Shown piece after piece: positions 9,430-18,160 of a stretch of 42,319 nt of DNA. Within the stretch, counting starts at the first letter, position 1; each line of letters opens with the position of its first letter. Source of the DNA: Deltaproteobacteria bacterium (GTDB lineage: Bacteria; Myxococcota; Myxococcia; Myxococcales; 40CM-4-68-19); contig JBGQLA010000003.1 in assembly GCA_041499865.1 (NCBI GenBank), positions 1 through 42,319 on the forward strand, read 5' to 3'. The notes below the pieces were generated by a model. It searched no databases and was not told the DNA's origin. It saw only the letters and a list, made by a program, of their open reading frames with translations. Made by a program: the position numbers and the translations under genes.

Positions 9430-11421
9430 ATGTCCAGCCTGATGCTCGCGCTGCTGCTCGCGGCGCGCCCGTTCACCCCGGAAGAGCTGCTCGCCACCCG
9501 CCGCGCCGACGACGTGCAGGTCTCGCCGGATGGGAAGTGGGCGTCGGTCACCGTCCGCCAGAAAAATCTCACCACGAACAAGGACGACAAGGACATCTGG
9601 CTCCTGCCGCTGCCCGAAGGGCCCGGGCGCCAGTTCACGCGAAATGCCCGGAGCGAGCACGCCCGCTGGTCGCCGGACGGCAAACAGGTGCTGGTCGTGC
9701 GCGAAGGCCAGCTCTGGAAGTACGCGCTGGACGGCGGCGACGCGCAGCAGATCACGACGATGAGCGGCGGCGCCGACGGCGGGATCTACTCTCCCGACGG
9801 CCGCTGGATCGCCTTCACCAGCGAGGTCTACCCGCAATGCGGCGGGAACGACGCCTGCAACAAGGAGCGCGCCGGGAAACGCGAGAAGAGCGGCGTGCAG
9901 GCACGGATCGTCGATCACCTGTTCGCGCGTCACTGGACGGAATGGAAGGAAGGCAAGCGCACGCACGTGTTCGTGATGCCTTCCACCGGCGGCGCCGCGC
10001 GGGACGTCACACCGCTCGACTCCGACTGGCCCAGCTTCCGCCTCGGCTTTGGCGACGACTTCCGTTTCACCCCGGACGGCGAGCTGATCGTCAGCAGCAA
10101 GCCGGCGCAGCGCGAGGCCTGGAGCACCAACGGCGATCTCTGGCAGATCGACCGCGCCGGAGGAGCGCCGAAGAACCTCACGCCGGACAACCCTGGCGAC
10201 GACGCGCAGCCACGGCCCTCGCCCGACGGGCGGCACCTGGCGTGGATCTCGCAGGCGCGCGACGGCTACGAGAGCGATCAATGGAAGCTGAAGATCCAGG
10301 ATCGCCGGACCGGACGCATCACCGCGTTCGACATCGAGGGCGACGACGTGGGCGGCTTTGCCTGGCGGCGCGACGGCAAGGGACTGGTCGCCGCCGTGGT
10401 GCAGAGGGCGCATCACTGGCTCTACGCCGTGTCGCTGGACGGCAAGTTCCGCCGGTTCAGCGAGGCGCCGTCGGGCGGGGACGACTTCGATCTCGCCCCG
10501 GACGGCACGGCCATCGTGGCGAACGCAGGGTTGACGCATCCGCCCGAGGTGGTGGCGCTGAAACCGGGCGGCCGGCCCGCCCGCATCTCGCACTTCAACG
10601 ACGAGCAGTACAGGGACCTGGACCTCGGGACCGCCGAGGAGCTCTGGGTCGACGCGAAGGACGGCGGCAAGGTGCAATCCTGGGTGATCCGTCCGGCGAA
10701 TGCTCCCGCGAAGCTGCCGCTTCTGGTCCTGATCCACGGCGGCCCGCAGGGGTCGTGGGAGGACTCCTGGACCATGCGCTGGAACGCCGCGGTCTTCGCG
10801 GCGCGCGGGTACGTCGTCCTGGAGACCGACTTCCACGGCTCTTCCGGGTACGGGCAGAAGTTCAAGGAGCAGATCTCGGGCGACTGGGGCGGGCTGGCGT
10901 ACGACGACGTGATGCGCGCGACCGACGCGGCGGAGAAGCTGCCCTACGTCGAGCCGGGACACACCTGCGCCGCGGGCGCCAGCTTCGGCGGCTACATGGT
11001 CGACTGGATCGCCGGGCACACCGATCGGTTCGCGTGCCTCGTCTCGCACGACGGCGTCTTCGATCTGGCGAGCGCGTACTTCTCCACCGAGGAGCTGTGG
11101 TTCCCGGAGTGGGAGTTCCGCGGCCCGCCCTGGAAGAACCCGGAGATGTACCGGCGATTCTCGCCCAGCAGCTACGTGGAGAACTTCAAGACGCCCACGC
11201 TGGTGGTCCAGGGAGAGCTCGACTTCCGCCTGCCCGTCGAGCAGGGGCTGGGGATGTTCACCGCCCTGCAGCGGCGCGGCGTCGAGTCGCGGCTGCTCTA
11301 CTTCCCCGACGAGGGACACTGGGTCCTCAAGCCGAAGAACAGCCAGCTCTGGTACCACACGGTGCTCGAATGGATCGACGCACACGCCAAGCCGGGAAAT
11401 AAGCAAGCGGTCCGGCCGTAG
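9430..11421 (+). CDS. S9 family (prolyl oligopeptidase/acylaminoacyl-peptidase-like) serine peptidase
   Basis: SPDG propeller repeats; IHGGPQ; nucleophile GASFG; GELDFR; PDEGH. Confidence 0.95.
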   Translation: MSSLMLALLLAARPFTPEELLATRRADDVQVSPDGKWASVTVRQKNLTTNKDDKDIWLLPLPEGPGRQFTRNARSEHARWSPDGKQVLVVREGQLWKYALDGGDAQQITTMSGGADGGIYSPDGRWIAFTSEVYPQCGGNDACNKERAGKREKSGVQARIVDHLFARHWTEWKEGKRTHVFVMPSTGGAARDVTPLDSDWPSFRLGFGDDFRFTPDGELIVSSKPAQREAWSTNGDLWQIDRAGGAPKNLTPDNPGDDAQPRPSPDGRHLAWISQARDGYESDQWKLKIQDRRTGRITAFDIEGDDVGGFAWRRDGKGLVAAVVQRAHHWLYAVSLDGKFRRFSEAPSGGDDFDLAPDGTAIVANAGLTHPPEVVALKPGGRPARISHFNDEQYRDLDLGTAEELWVDAKDGGKVQSWVIRPANAPAKLPLLVLIHGGPQGSWEDSWTMRWNAAVFAARGYVVLETDFHGSSGYGQKFKEQISGDWGGLAYDDVMRATDAAEKLPYVEPGHTCAAGASFGGYMVDWIAGHTDRFACLVSHDGVFDLASAYFSTEELWFPEWEFRGPPWKNPEMYRRFSPSSYVENFKTPTLVVQGELDFRLPVEQGLGMFTALQRRGVESRLLYFPDEGHWVLKPKNSQLWYHTVLEWIDAHAKPGNKQAVRP

Positions 11422-11462
11422 GTCCCGGGTTTCGCCGCACCCCCATCCAGCCAGGAGATCGA

Positions 11463-13598
11463 ATGAAGCGACTGCTCCTTTCCATCCTCGTCGCCGCCGC
11501 CTGCAGCTCGGGCCCGAAGAGCAAGCCCGCAAACGAGCCCGCCACCGGCGCCACCGCAGCCCAGACCCCGCCGTCGCCCGCTCCGCCGGCGGCGGGCCGG
11601 CCCGCGGCGCCCACCGCCCCCGCCGCGGGCGGAAGCGCGGTCGCGCAGGCGAAGCCCGAACCGCAGCCCATCGACGAGAGCGCGATGGACAAGTCGGTCG
11701 ATCCCTGCACAGATTTCTACCAGTACGCCTGCGGGAGCTGGCTGAAGAAGACGCCCATTCCCGAGGACCGCGCCACCTGGGGACGCGGCTTCAGCGAGAT
11801 CCTCCAGCGCAATGAGGCGCTGCTGCACGAAATCCTCGAAAAGAACGCCCGCGGCGAAGCCGATTCCGCCGATCCGTACGCCAGGAAGGTCGGCGACTTC
11901 TACGCAACCTGCATGGACGAGCACAAGGCGGAGACCGCCTCGCTGCAGGCGCTGCAGGACGAGCTGCGGAAGATCGATGCGATCAAGGATGCTCGCGGCC
12001 TGGCGAAGGAGGTCGCCTGGCTGCAGGCGCGCGGCGCCCGCGCGTTCTTCGGCTTCGCGTCGCAGCAGGACTTCAAGGACGCGACGCAGGTGATCGGCGG
12101 CGCCGACCAGGGAGGTCTCGGCCTGCCTGATCGCGACTACTACCTGAAGGACGACGCGCGGATGAAGGACCTGCGCACGCTCTACCAGGACCACGTGGCG
12201 AAGATGCTCGAGCTGGCCGGAGAGCAGGGGGGCCCGGCGAGGAAGCAGGCCCAGGTGGTGCTGAACCTCGAGACCGCGTTGGCGAAGGACTCGATGGACA
12301 AGGTCGATCGCCGCGATCCGAACAAGATCTACCACCGGCTGGATCGGGCAGGCCTGAAGAAGGCCGCCCCGCACTTCCTCTGGGACGCGTACTTCGAGGA
12401 GCTGGGCGCGCCCGGCGTGCAGCAGATCAACGTGCTGGTCCCCGACTTCTTCAGCGGGATGGACAAAGTGATCGCCCAGAAGGGCAAGCTGAACGATCTG
12501 AAAACGTACCTGCGCTGGAAGACGCTCGAGGCTTCGGGGAACACGCTCGGCAAGGGTTTCGTGGAGGAGCGCTTCCGGCTGACGAAGGCGCTCACCGGCG
12601 CCAAAGCCATCCTTCCACGCTGGAAGCGCTGCGTGCAGATGACGGACCGCGCGCTGGGCGAGGCGCTGGGCCGCAGCTTCGTCACCACCACCATCGGCGA
12701 CGACGGGAAGAGGATCGCCAAGGAAATGGTCGAGGGCATCGAGGGGGCATTCGGCCGGAACCTCGCCCAGGTGGACTGGATGGACGACACGGCGCGCGCG
12801 GCCTCCAGGGACAAGCTGAAGAAGATCAACAACAAGGTCGGGTATCCGGAGAAGTGGCGGGACTACTCGACGATGAACATCGGCAAGGAGTCGCTGCTCG
12901 CCAACTTCGCCGAGGCTGCGCGGTTCGAGACCAGCCGCGACCTGGCCAAGATCGGCAAGCCGGTCGACCGGAACGAATGGCAGATGAGCCCGCCGACGGT
13001 GAACGCCTACTACGATCCTTCGATGAACGAGATGGTGTTCCCGGCGGGCATCATGCAGTCGCCGTTCTTCAACACCGACGCGCCGGAGCCGGCGAACTAC
13101 GGCGGAATGGGCATGGTGGTGGGTCACGAGCTGACCCATGGCTTCGACGACCAGGGCCGCCAGTTCGACGGCGACGGCAACCTGCACGAGTGGTGGTCCA
13201 AGCCGGTGAACGATGCGTTCAAGGAGCGCGCCGAGTGCGTGGCGAAGCAGTACGACGGCTACACGGCCGTGGAGGACGTGAAGCTGAACGGGCACCTCAC
13301 CTTGGGCGAGAACATCGCCGACATCGGCGGCCTCAAGCTCTCGTTGGCGGCGCTCAAGCAGAAGCGCGGCGACAAGGCGGACCCGAAGACGGAGCAGGAC
13401 TTCTTCGTCGCCTTTGCCCAGACCTGGTGCACGAACTACCGGCCGGAGGCGGCGCGGCTGCAGGCGCAGACGAACCCGCACTCCACGGCGCAATGGCGGG
13501 TGAACGGGCCGGTGTCCGACAACCCCGACTTCGCGAAGGCGTTCTCCTGCAAGGCCGGAGCGGCGATGGCGCCGCAGGACCGCTGCACCGTCTGGTAG
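11463..13598 (+). CDS. M13 family metallopeptidase (neprilysin/PepO-like) lipoprotein
   Basis: Lipobox AAAC; DPCTDFYQYACG; VNAYY; HELTH; GENIAD. Confidence 0.95.
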   Translation: MKRLLLSILVAAACSSGPKSKPANEPATGATAAQTPPSPAPPAAGRPAAPTAPAAGGSAVAQAKPEPQPIDESAMDKSVDPCTDFYQYACGSWLKKTPIPEDRATWGRGFSEILQRNEALLHEILEKNARGEADSADPYARKVGDFYATCMDEHKAETASLQALQDELRKIDAIKDARGLAKEVAWLQARGARAFFGFASQQDFKDATQVIGGADQGGLGLPDRDYYLKDDARMKDLRTLYQDHVAKMLELAGEQGGPARKQAQVVLNLETALAKDSMDKVDRRDPNKIYHRLDRAGLKKAAPHFLWDAYFEELGAPGVQQINVLVPDFFSGMDKVIAQKGKLNDLKTYLRWKTLEASGNTLGKGFVEERFRLTKALTGAKAILPRWKRCVQMTDRALGEALGRSFVTTTIGDDGKRIAKEMVEGIEGAFGRNLAQVDWMDDTARAASRDKLKKINNKVGYPEKWRDYSTMNIGKESLLANFAEAARFETSRDLAKIGKPVDRNEWQMSPPTVNAYYDPSMNEMVFPAGIMQSPFFNTDAPEPANYGGMGMVVGHELTHGFDDQGRQFDGDGNLHEWWSKPVNDAFKERAECVAKQYDGYTAVEDVKLNGHLTLGENIADIGGLKLSLAALKQKRGDKADPKTEQDFFVAFAQTWCTNYRPEAARLQAQTNPHSTAQWRVNGPVSDNPDFAKAFSCKAGAAMAPQDRCTVW

Positions 13599-13603
13599 GG
13601 CGT

Positions 13604-13647
13604 CGGGCGGCCCGGGGCTTGTCCGGCCCAGGGCCGTCCCGTTTCTT
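13604..13647 (+). terminator. Putative intrinsic terminator
   Basis: Imperfect GC hairpin (CGGGCGGCCCGGGGC ... GCCCAGGGCCGTCCCG) followed by TTTCTT right after the M13 stop. Confidence 0.45.
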
Positions 13648-13682
13648 GCGTCGACCCCCCGCCCGTGAATAGGAAAGGAAGC

Positions 13683-14003
13683 ATGGATCCTGTTTCGCTG
13701 GCCATGGTGATGAAAGCCCTCGAGCCGGCGCTTGGGATCCTCGCGCTGGCGGTGCTTCCCATCGGCATCGTCTGGCTTCGGAGCACCTACAAGATCCGCA
13801 TGCGGGAGCTGGACGTGGAGGAGAAGATGACGCCCAGGCACCTCGAGGCGCGGCTCGCTGCCATCGAGGCCCGCCTCGGAGCCATCGAGAACGCGGTGGG
13901 TGCGCCGGAACGCAACGTTCTACCGGAAAGCGCCGCGATGCTCGAAGGGCCGGCCACCAGCGCCCTGGAAGCGCCCCCGCCGGTGCGCTCGAGAGAGCGC
14001 TGA
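13683..14003 (+). CDS. Hypothetical single-TM coiled-coil protein
   Basis: RBS AGGAAAGGAAG before ATG 13683; TM helix, then heptad LEARLAAIEARLGAIE. Confidence 0.7.
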   Translation: MDPVSLAMVMKALEPALGILALAVLPIGIVWLRSTYKIRMRELDVEEKMTPRHLEARLAAIEARLGAIENAVGAPERNVLPESAAMLEGPATSALEAPPPVRSRER

Positions 14004-14006
14004 AGC

Positions 14007-14756
14007 GTGGAGGGCGAGTGGGAGGTCTCGGAGGCGCAGCTCGAAGGACGGCTGCGCACCTGGGCCATCCCGGTGGCGCTCGCCGGCGCATTTCTCCTCG
14101 TCGCGACCGGGCCCGGTCACTTCCTGGTCCGCGTCTTCCTCAGCATGTGGGTGCACGAGATCGGGCACGCGACCGCGGCCTGGCTCTGCGGCTTCCCCGC
14201 GTTTCCCGGGCCCTGGCTGACACCGATGGCGCAGTCGCGGTCCGGCGCTTTCGGCTTCCTCGTCTTCGCGGCCATCGCCGCAGCGGCGTACTGGAGCTGG
14301 CGCGTCGAGCGCCGCCGCCTCGCCGTCGCGCTGGGTGCGCTGCTCGTGCTCCAGCTCTTCTGCACGCTCGCGCTCTCCGTCGACGGTGCGAAGCAGTTCG
14401 TCGTCTTCATGGGCGACGGCGGGTGCCTGGTGCTCGGTTCGCTGCTGATGCTCACCGTGTACGCGCCCGAGGAGAGCGCGCTCAAGCGCGGGTGGCTGCG
14501 GTGGGGATTTCTCGGGATCGGCGCCGCTTCCTTCGCCGACGCGTTCGCGCAATGGTGGGCGTCGCGGAAGAACTTCGATCGCATTCCCTTCGGGATGAAC
14601 GAAGGCGTGGGCCTGAGCGATCCGAGCGTGCTCAGCGAGACGTATCGCTGGTCGACGGACCAGATCGTCGGCCGCTATGTCGCGCTCGGCTGCGTCTGCC
14701 TGGCCGTGATCGCGATCTTCTACGCGTTCGGACGATTCCGGCCGCGGACGGAGTAG
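14007..14756 (+). CDS. Integral membrane protein with HExxH (M50-like metallopeptidase?)
   Basis: MWVHEIGHATAAW in a TM segment; multiple TM helices; GLSDP motif. Confidence 0.7.
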   Translation: MEGEWEVSEAQLEGRLRTWAIPVALAGAFLLVATGPGHFLVRVFLSMWVHEIGHATAAWLCGFPAFPGPWLTPMAQSRSGAFGFLVFAAIAAAAYWSWRVERRRLAVALGALLVLQLFCTLALSVDGAKQFVVFMGDGGCLVLGSLLMLTVYAPEESALKRGWLRWGFLGIGAASFADAFAQWWASRKNFDRIPFGMNEGVGLSDPSVLSETYRWSTDQIVGRYVALGCVCLAVIAIFYAFGRFRPRTE

Positions 14757-14759
14757 CGG

Positions 14760-15743
14760 TCAGAGGCCGGGCCGGACGACGATCAGCCTTCCGCCTTTCG
14801 AATCCGGAAGGTACGCCTTGCCCGCCTTGTCGACGAGCACGCTCCTTGCACCCTCGACCGTCTTCGTGGTCGAGACCACGGAGAGCGCGCCATCCGCCGC
14901 AGCCTTCGCGATGGTCAGCTTTCCTTCCTGGGCGCTGGCTATGTAGACCAGGCGCGCGGAGGCGAACCAGTCGATGTTGTCGACGCCGGCCCCGGTGGCG
15001 AGCCGGGCGAGGATTTTCCCCTCCGAGTTGAACTCGCGCAGGCCTTCCGCCGCGCAGGCGACGAACACGTGCATCTGCTCCGGATCCACCGCGATCCCAC
15101 GCGGCCCCTTCTCACCGCATTCCGGTCGCCAGCTCGAGGTCACCTTCCGCGAATGCGCGTCGATCACCAGCGTCCGGTCCTTGTCTTCCAGGTTGGTGAA
15201 GACCACACCCCGGCGCTCGTCCACTCCGTATCCCTCGGGCTGGCCGTCCAGCTTGATCGCCCCGGCCGCGACCGGGGTTGCGGGATCGCGCAACCCGAGG
15301 ATCTGCAGCGAGTTGTCGCGGGGGGTGGTGACCCAGACCTCGTGCGTGGCGCCGACGTAGAACACCCCGTCGGGCATGGACGGCAGCACGACGCACCCCC
15401 GGCGCGTCAAAGACGCGATCTCGACCGCGCAAACGCTCGAGTCGGCGCGGTTCCCGACGTACACGTATCCGCCGCCCACGCCCGCGGCGGTGATTCCCGC
15501 GATCCGTTCCCCCTGCCTGGCGGTCGGCCAGCCGTCGACCGCTTTCACCCCGCCCGTCTTCGTGTCGATCACATCGAGCTTGCCGGTGTTGCTCGCGGGG
15601 ACGAAGAGAAGGCCGCTCGCCGCATCGAACGCGAGGTAGTCCATCCCCACAGGAGGACCGCCGGGAAGCACGATCGACGATGAACCAGGGGTCTGCGCTC
15701 CTGCCGCAGCCATCATGCCGAGGACGAACACCGTGCAGCACAT
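14760..15743 (-). CDS. YncE-like beta-propeller secreted protein
   Basis: RBS AGGAGG before ATG 15743; GMDYLAFD, PDGVFY, PEGYGVD, PRGIAVD, GVDNIDW blade repeats; divergent from the RND operon. Confidence 0.85.
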   Translation of the reverse strand: MCCTVFVLGMMAAAGAQTPGSSSIVLPGGPPVGMDYLAFDAASGLLFVPASNTGKLDVIDTKTGGVKAVDGWPTARQGERIAGITAAGVGGGYVYVGNRADSSVCAVEIASLTRRGCVVLPSMPDGVFYVGATHEVWVTTPRDNSLQILGLRDPATPVAAGAIKLDGQPEGYGVDERRGVVFTNLEDKDRTLVIDAHSRKVTSSWRPECGEKGPRGIAVDPEQMHVFVACAAEGLREFNSEGKILARLATGAGVDNIDWFASARLVYIASAQEGKLTIAKAAADGALSVVSTTKTVEGARSVLVDKAGKAYLPDSKGGRLIVVRPGL

Positions 15744-15906
15744 GGCTTGCCTCCTGAAAGGCGCTTCTATCCCGACGAGGACCGCCTGCCAATGCCAGCG
15801 CACACTGTGTAACTCTTGCCGTGGACGATTCTCGCCGGCACCCGGGCGGCCTATTGTCGCCCGCGATGGTGGTAGAGGATACAGGCACGGGAAGAAGAAG
15901 TAGGGA

Positions 15907-17052
15907 GTGGCCCTGCTGCAAGTCGCACTGCTAGCCGTTTCCCTCTCGCTCTCGCAGGCGCGGGAGATGGCTGACCAGAGGAATAGCGCGCCGCCGAAAG
16001 CCAGGGCGGTAGCAGCGCGTGCGGCGACGGAGGCGGCGGGGCAGCTCCCGAACCCGACGTTCAACGCGACGTACGGTCCGGACGATCCGCGCTTCACCGG
16101 CGCGGTCGACGTCCGGTTGCCGATCCTCGGGCAGCGCGGAGCGGCGATCCACTCCGCCGAGGCCGCCGCGCAGATCGCCGAGGCGGAGATCCGGGTGCAG
16201 CAGGCGAAATTGCACGCCGCGGTCCGGCGGACGTACTACGCGTTCTGGGCGGCTGGCGCGCAGGCAACGCTCGCCGCGGACGCGGCAAAGCTGGCCGCCG
16301 ATCTTGCGCACCTGAGCGCCGAGCGGTACCGGATCGGCGCAGCACCCCAGCTCGACGTCGAGCAAGCGGACCTCGTCATGCGCCGTGCCGAACAGGACCG
16401 GGAGGACCGCGCGGCGGAAATGCGCGCAGCCGGGAGCGAGTTGAATGCGGCCGTGGGGACCGAGGTGGACGGGGTGGAAGCGCCTGCGGCGGCCACGATC
16501 CCTCCGCTGGATGCCCTGCTCGCCAGGGCAGGCGCCCATCCCGAGCTGCAGTCCCTACATGCGCAAGAGACCGCCGCGCTGGCCCGCGCCGAAGAGGAAC
16601 GGGTGGCCCTCCGCCCGCTCCCTACGCTGTCCCTGACGGCGGAGCGCATTTCCGCCGGATCCTATTGGGGCTTGCGCACCGGCATCGCCTTCGATCTTCC
16701 CCTGCTCTCCTGGAACCGCGGCCGGGTCCACGAGCAGGAGGCGAACGCTCGTGCTGCTGCTGCAGACGCGCAGATTGCGTGGCAGCGACTGGCGGGACAA
16801 GTCCGCGCCGCGAGGGCGCGCTGGGCGGCCGCATCCGCGCGGACCAGCTTCTATGGGGGAGAGTTCGTCGACTCCGCGGCGCGGATTCTGGAGATGGCGA
16901 GGGCCGGATACCGCATCGGGCGGACCTCGCTGATCGCCGTGCTGCAGGCCCAGTCGGACCTGAGCGCTGCGCGCAGCCGCGCGATCGATGCCAGCCTGGA
17001 ATCGCAGAAGGCGGTCGCGGATCTCGAGGAGGCCGTCGGTGCGGATCTCTAG
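15907..17052 (+). CDS. TolC family outer membrane efflux protein
   Basis: LPNP, YRIG...LDV, LPLLSWNRG and GYRIGRTSLIAVLQAQ OEP repeats; first gene of the RND operon. Confidence 0.88.
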   Translation: MALLQVALLAVSLSLSQAREMADQRNSAPPKARAVAARAATEAAGQLPNPTFNATYGPDDPRFTGAVDVRLPILGQRGAAIHSAEAAAQIAEAEIRVQQAKLHAAVRRTYYAFWAAGAQATLAADAAKLAADLAHLSAERYRIGAAPQLDVEQADLVMRRAEQDREDRAAEMRAAGSELNAAVGTEVDGVEAPAAATIPPLDALLARAGAHPELQSLHAQETAALARAEEERVALRPLPTLSLTAERISAGSYWGLRTGIAFDLPLLSWNRGRVHEQEANARAAAADAQIAWQRLAGQVRAARARWAAASARTSFYGGEFVDSAARILEMARAGYRIGRTSLIAVLQAQSDLSAARSRAIDASLESQKAVADLEEAVGADL

Positions 17053-18160
17053 CGGCGCCCTCGCCCTGGCGCTGATCTGCGGCTGCCACGGCAACGCGGG
17101 CAACGAGGCGGAGGTGCACCCGCTCGTCGTCAGGATGCAACCCGTCGCTCGCGGGGACGTGGCGGACATCGTCGAAGTCGCGGGCACCCTCGCGCCTCCG
17201 CCCGGTCTCGACGTGAAGCTCGCGCCCGCCGTTGCAGGGCGCCTCGCGGCAGTGCTCGCCGCCGAGGGGGAGCACGTGCACGCCGGGCAACCGCTGGCGC
17301 GGCTCGATCCGCTTCCTTTGCGCGACGCAGTCGCGCAGGCAAGGGCCCAGCTCTCGCAGGCGAGCGCGCAGCAGTCGAATGCCGTGATCAAGCACGACCG
17401 CGCGCGCGAGGCATTCTCGGCGGGCGTGGCGGCCCGGCAGGAAGTCGATGACGCCCGGATGCAGCTGGACTCGGCCGCCGCGGCGGTGCAGGCGGCGCGG
17501 GCCGCGCTCTCCACCGCGCAGAACCAGCTTGCCCGGAGCGAGCTCCGGGCGCCGTTCGACGGCGTGGTGGTCAGCCTGTCGGCGGCCCCGGGCGAGTCGG
17601 TGGATCCGTCGAAAGTCGTCATCGAGGTGGCGCGGACGGAGGTGCTGGAGCTTCGTGCGCCCGTCGCCGGCCGCACGGCGATGCGCCTGCGTCCAGTGCA
17701 GGCGGCGACGGTCCTGGTCGATTCCGCGCCCGGACAACAGTTCGCGGGATCGGTGATCGCGGTGGCGCCGGCGATCGATCCCGCCAGCGGTGCGGCGTTG
17801 GTGCGCATCCGCGTTCCCAATCCGGCCGGAGCGCTGAAAGCAAACGCCCTCGCGCACGCCCGCGTCACGGTCGATGTGCACCAGGGCACGCTGGTGGTCC
17901 CACGCGCCGCGATCGTCGGGGGCGGGGACGGCCCTGCCGTCGAGGTCGTGCAGGAAGGAAAGGCAAAGCGCACCGCCGTGCAACTCGGTTACCAGAACGG
18001 CGAATCCGTGGAGCTCGTCTCCGGGGTCCGGGAAGGTCAGACGGTGATCGTCCAGGGCGCATATGCCGTGCCCGACGACACGCCCGTCACCGCGGAACCG
18101 GCAGCGGACGCCGGGCAGAGCGAGACTTCGCGCATTCCCGCTGCGGAGAAGAAGGAGTGA
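17039..18160 (+). CDS. RND efflux periplasmic adaptor (MFP) lipoprotein
   Basis: Lipobox-like ICGC; lipoyl halves (EGEHVHAGQPLARLD, LRAPFDGVV); GTG start overlaps the tolC-family gene. Confidence 0.9.
   Translation: MRISSGALALALICGCHGNAGNEAEVHPLVVRMQPVARGDVADIVEVAGTLAPPPGLDVKLAPAVAGRLAAVLAAEGEHVHAGQPLARLDPLPLRDAVAQARAQLSQASAQQSNAVIKHDRAREAFSAGVAARQEVDDARMQLDSAAAAVQAARAALSTAQNQLARSELRAPFDGVVVSLSAAPGESVDPSKVVIEVARTEVLELRAPVAGRTAMRLRPVQAATVLVDSAPGQQFAGSVIAVAPAIDPASGAALVRIRVPNPAGALKANALAHARVTVDVHQGTLVVPRAAIVGGGDGPAVEVVQEGKAKRTAVQLGYQNGESVELVSGVREGQTVIVQGAYAVPDDTPVTAEPAADAGQSETSRIPAAEKKE

Noticed and set aside
7201-13841. Long minus-strand ORFs 7201-11532 and 11298-13841
   Set aside because: Antisense to the oxidase, ferritin-like, S9 and M13 genes, which carry clear catalytic motifs.
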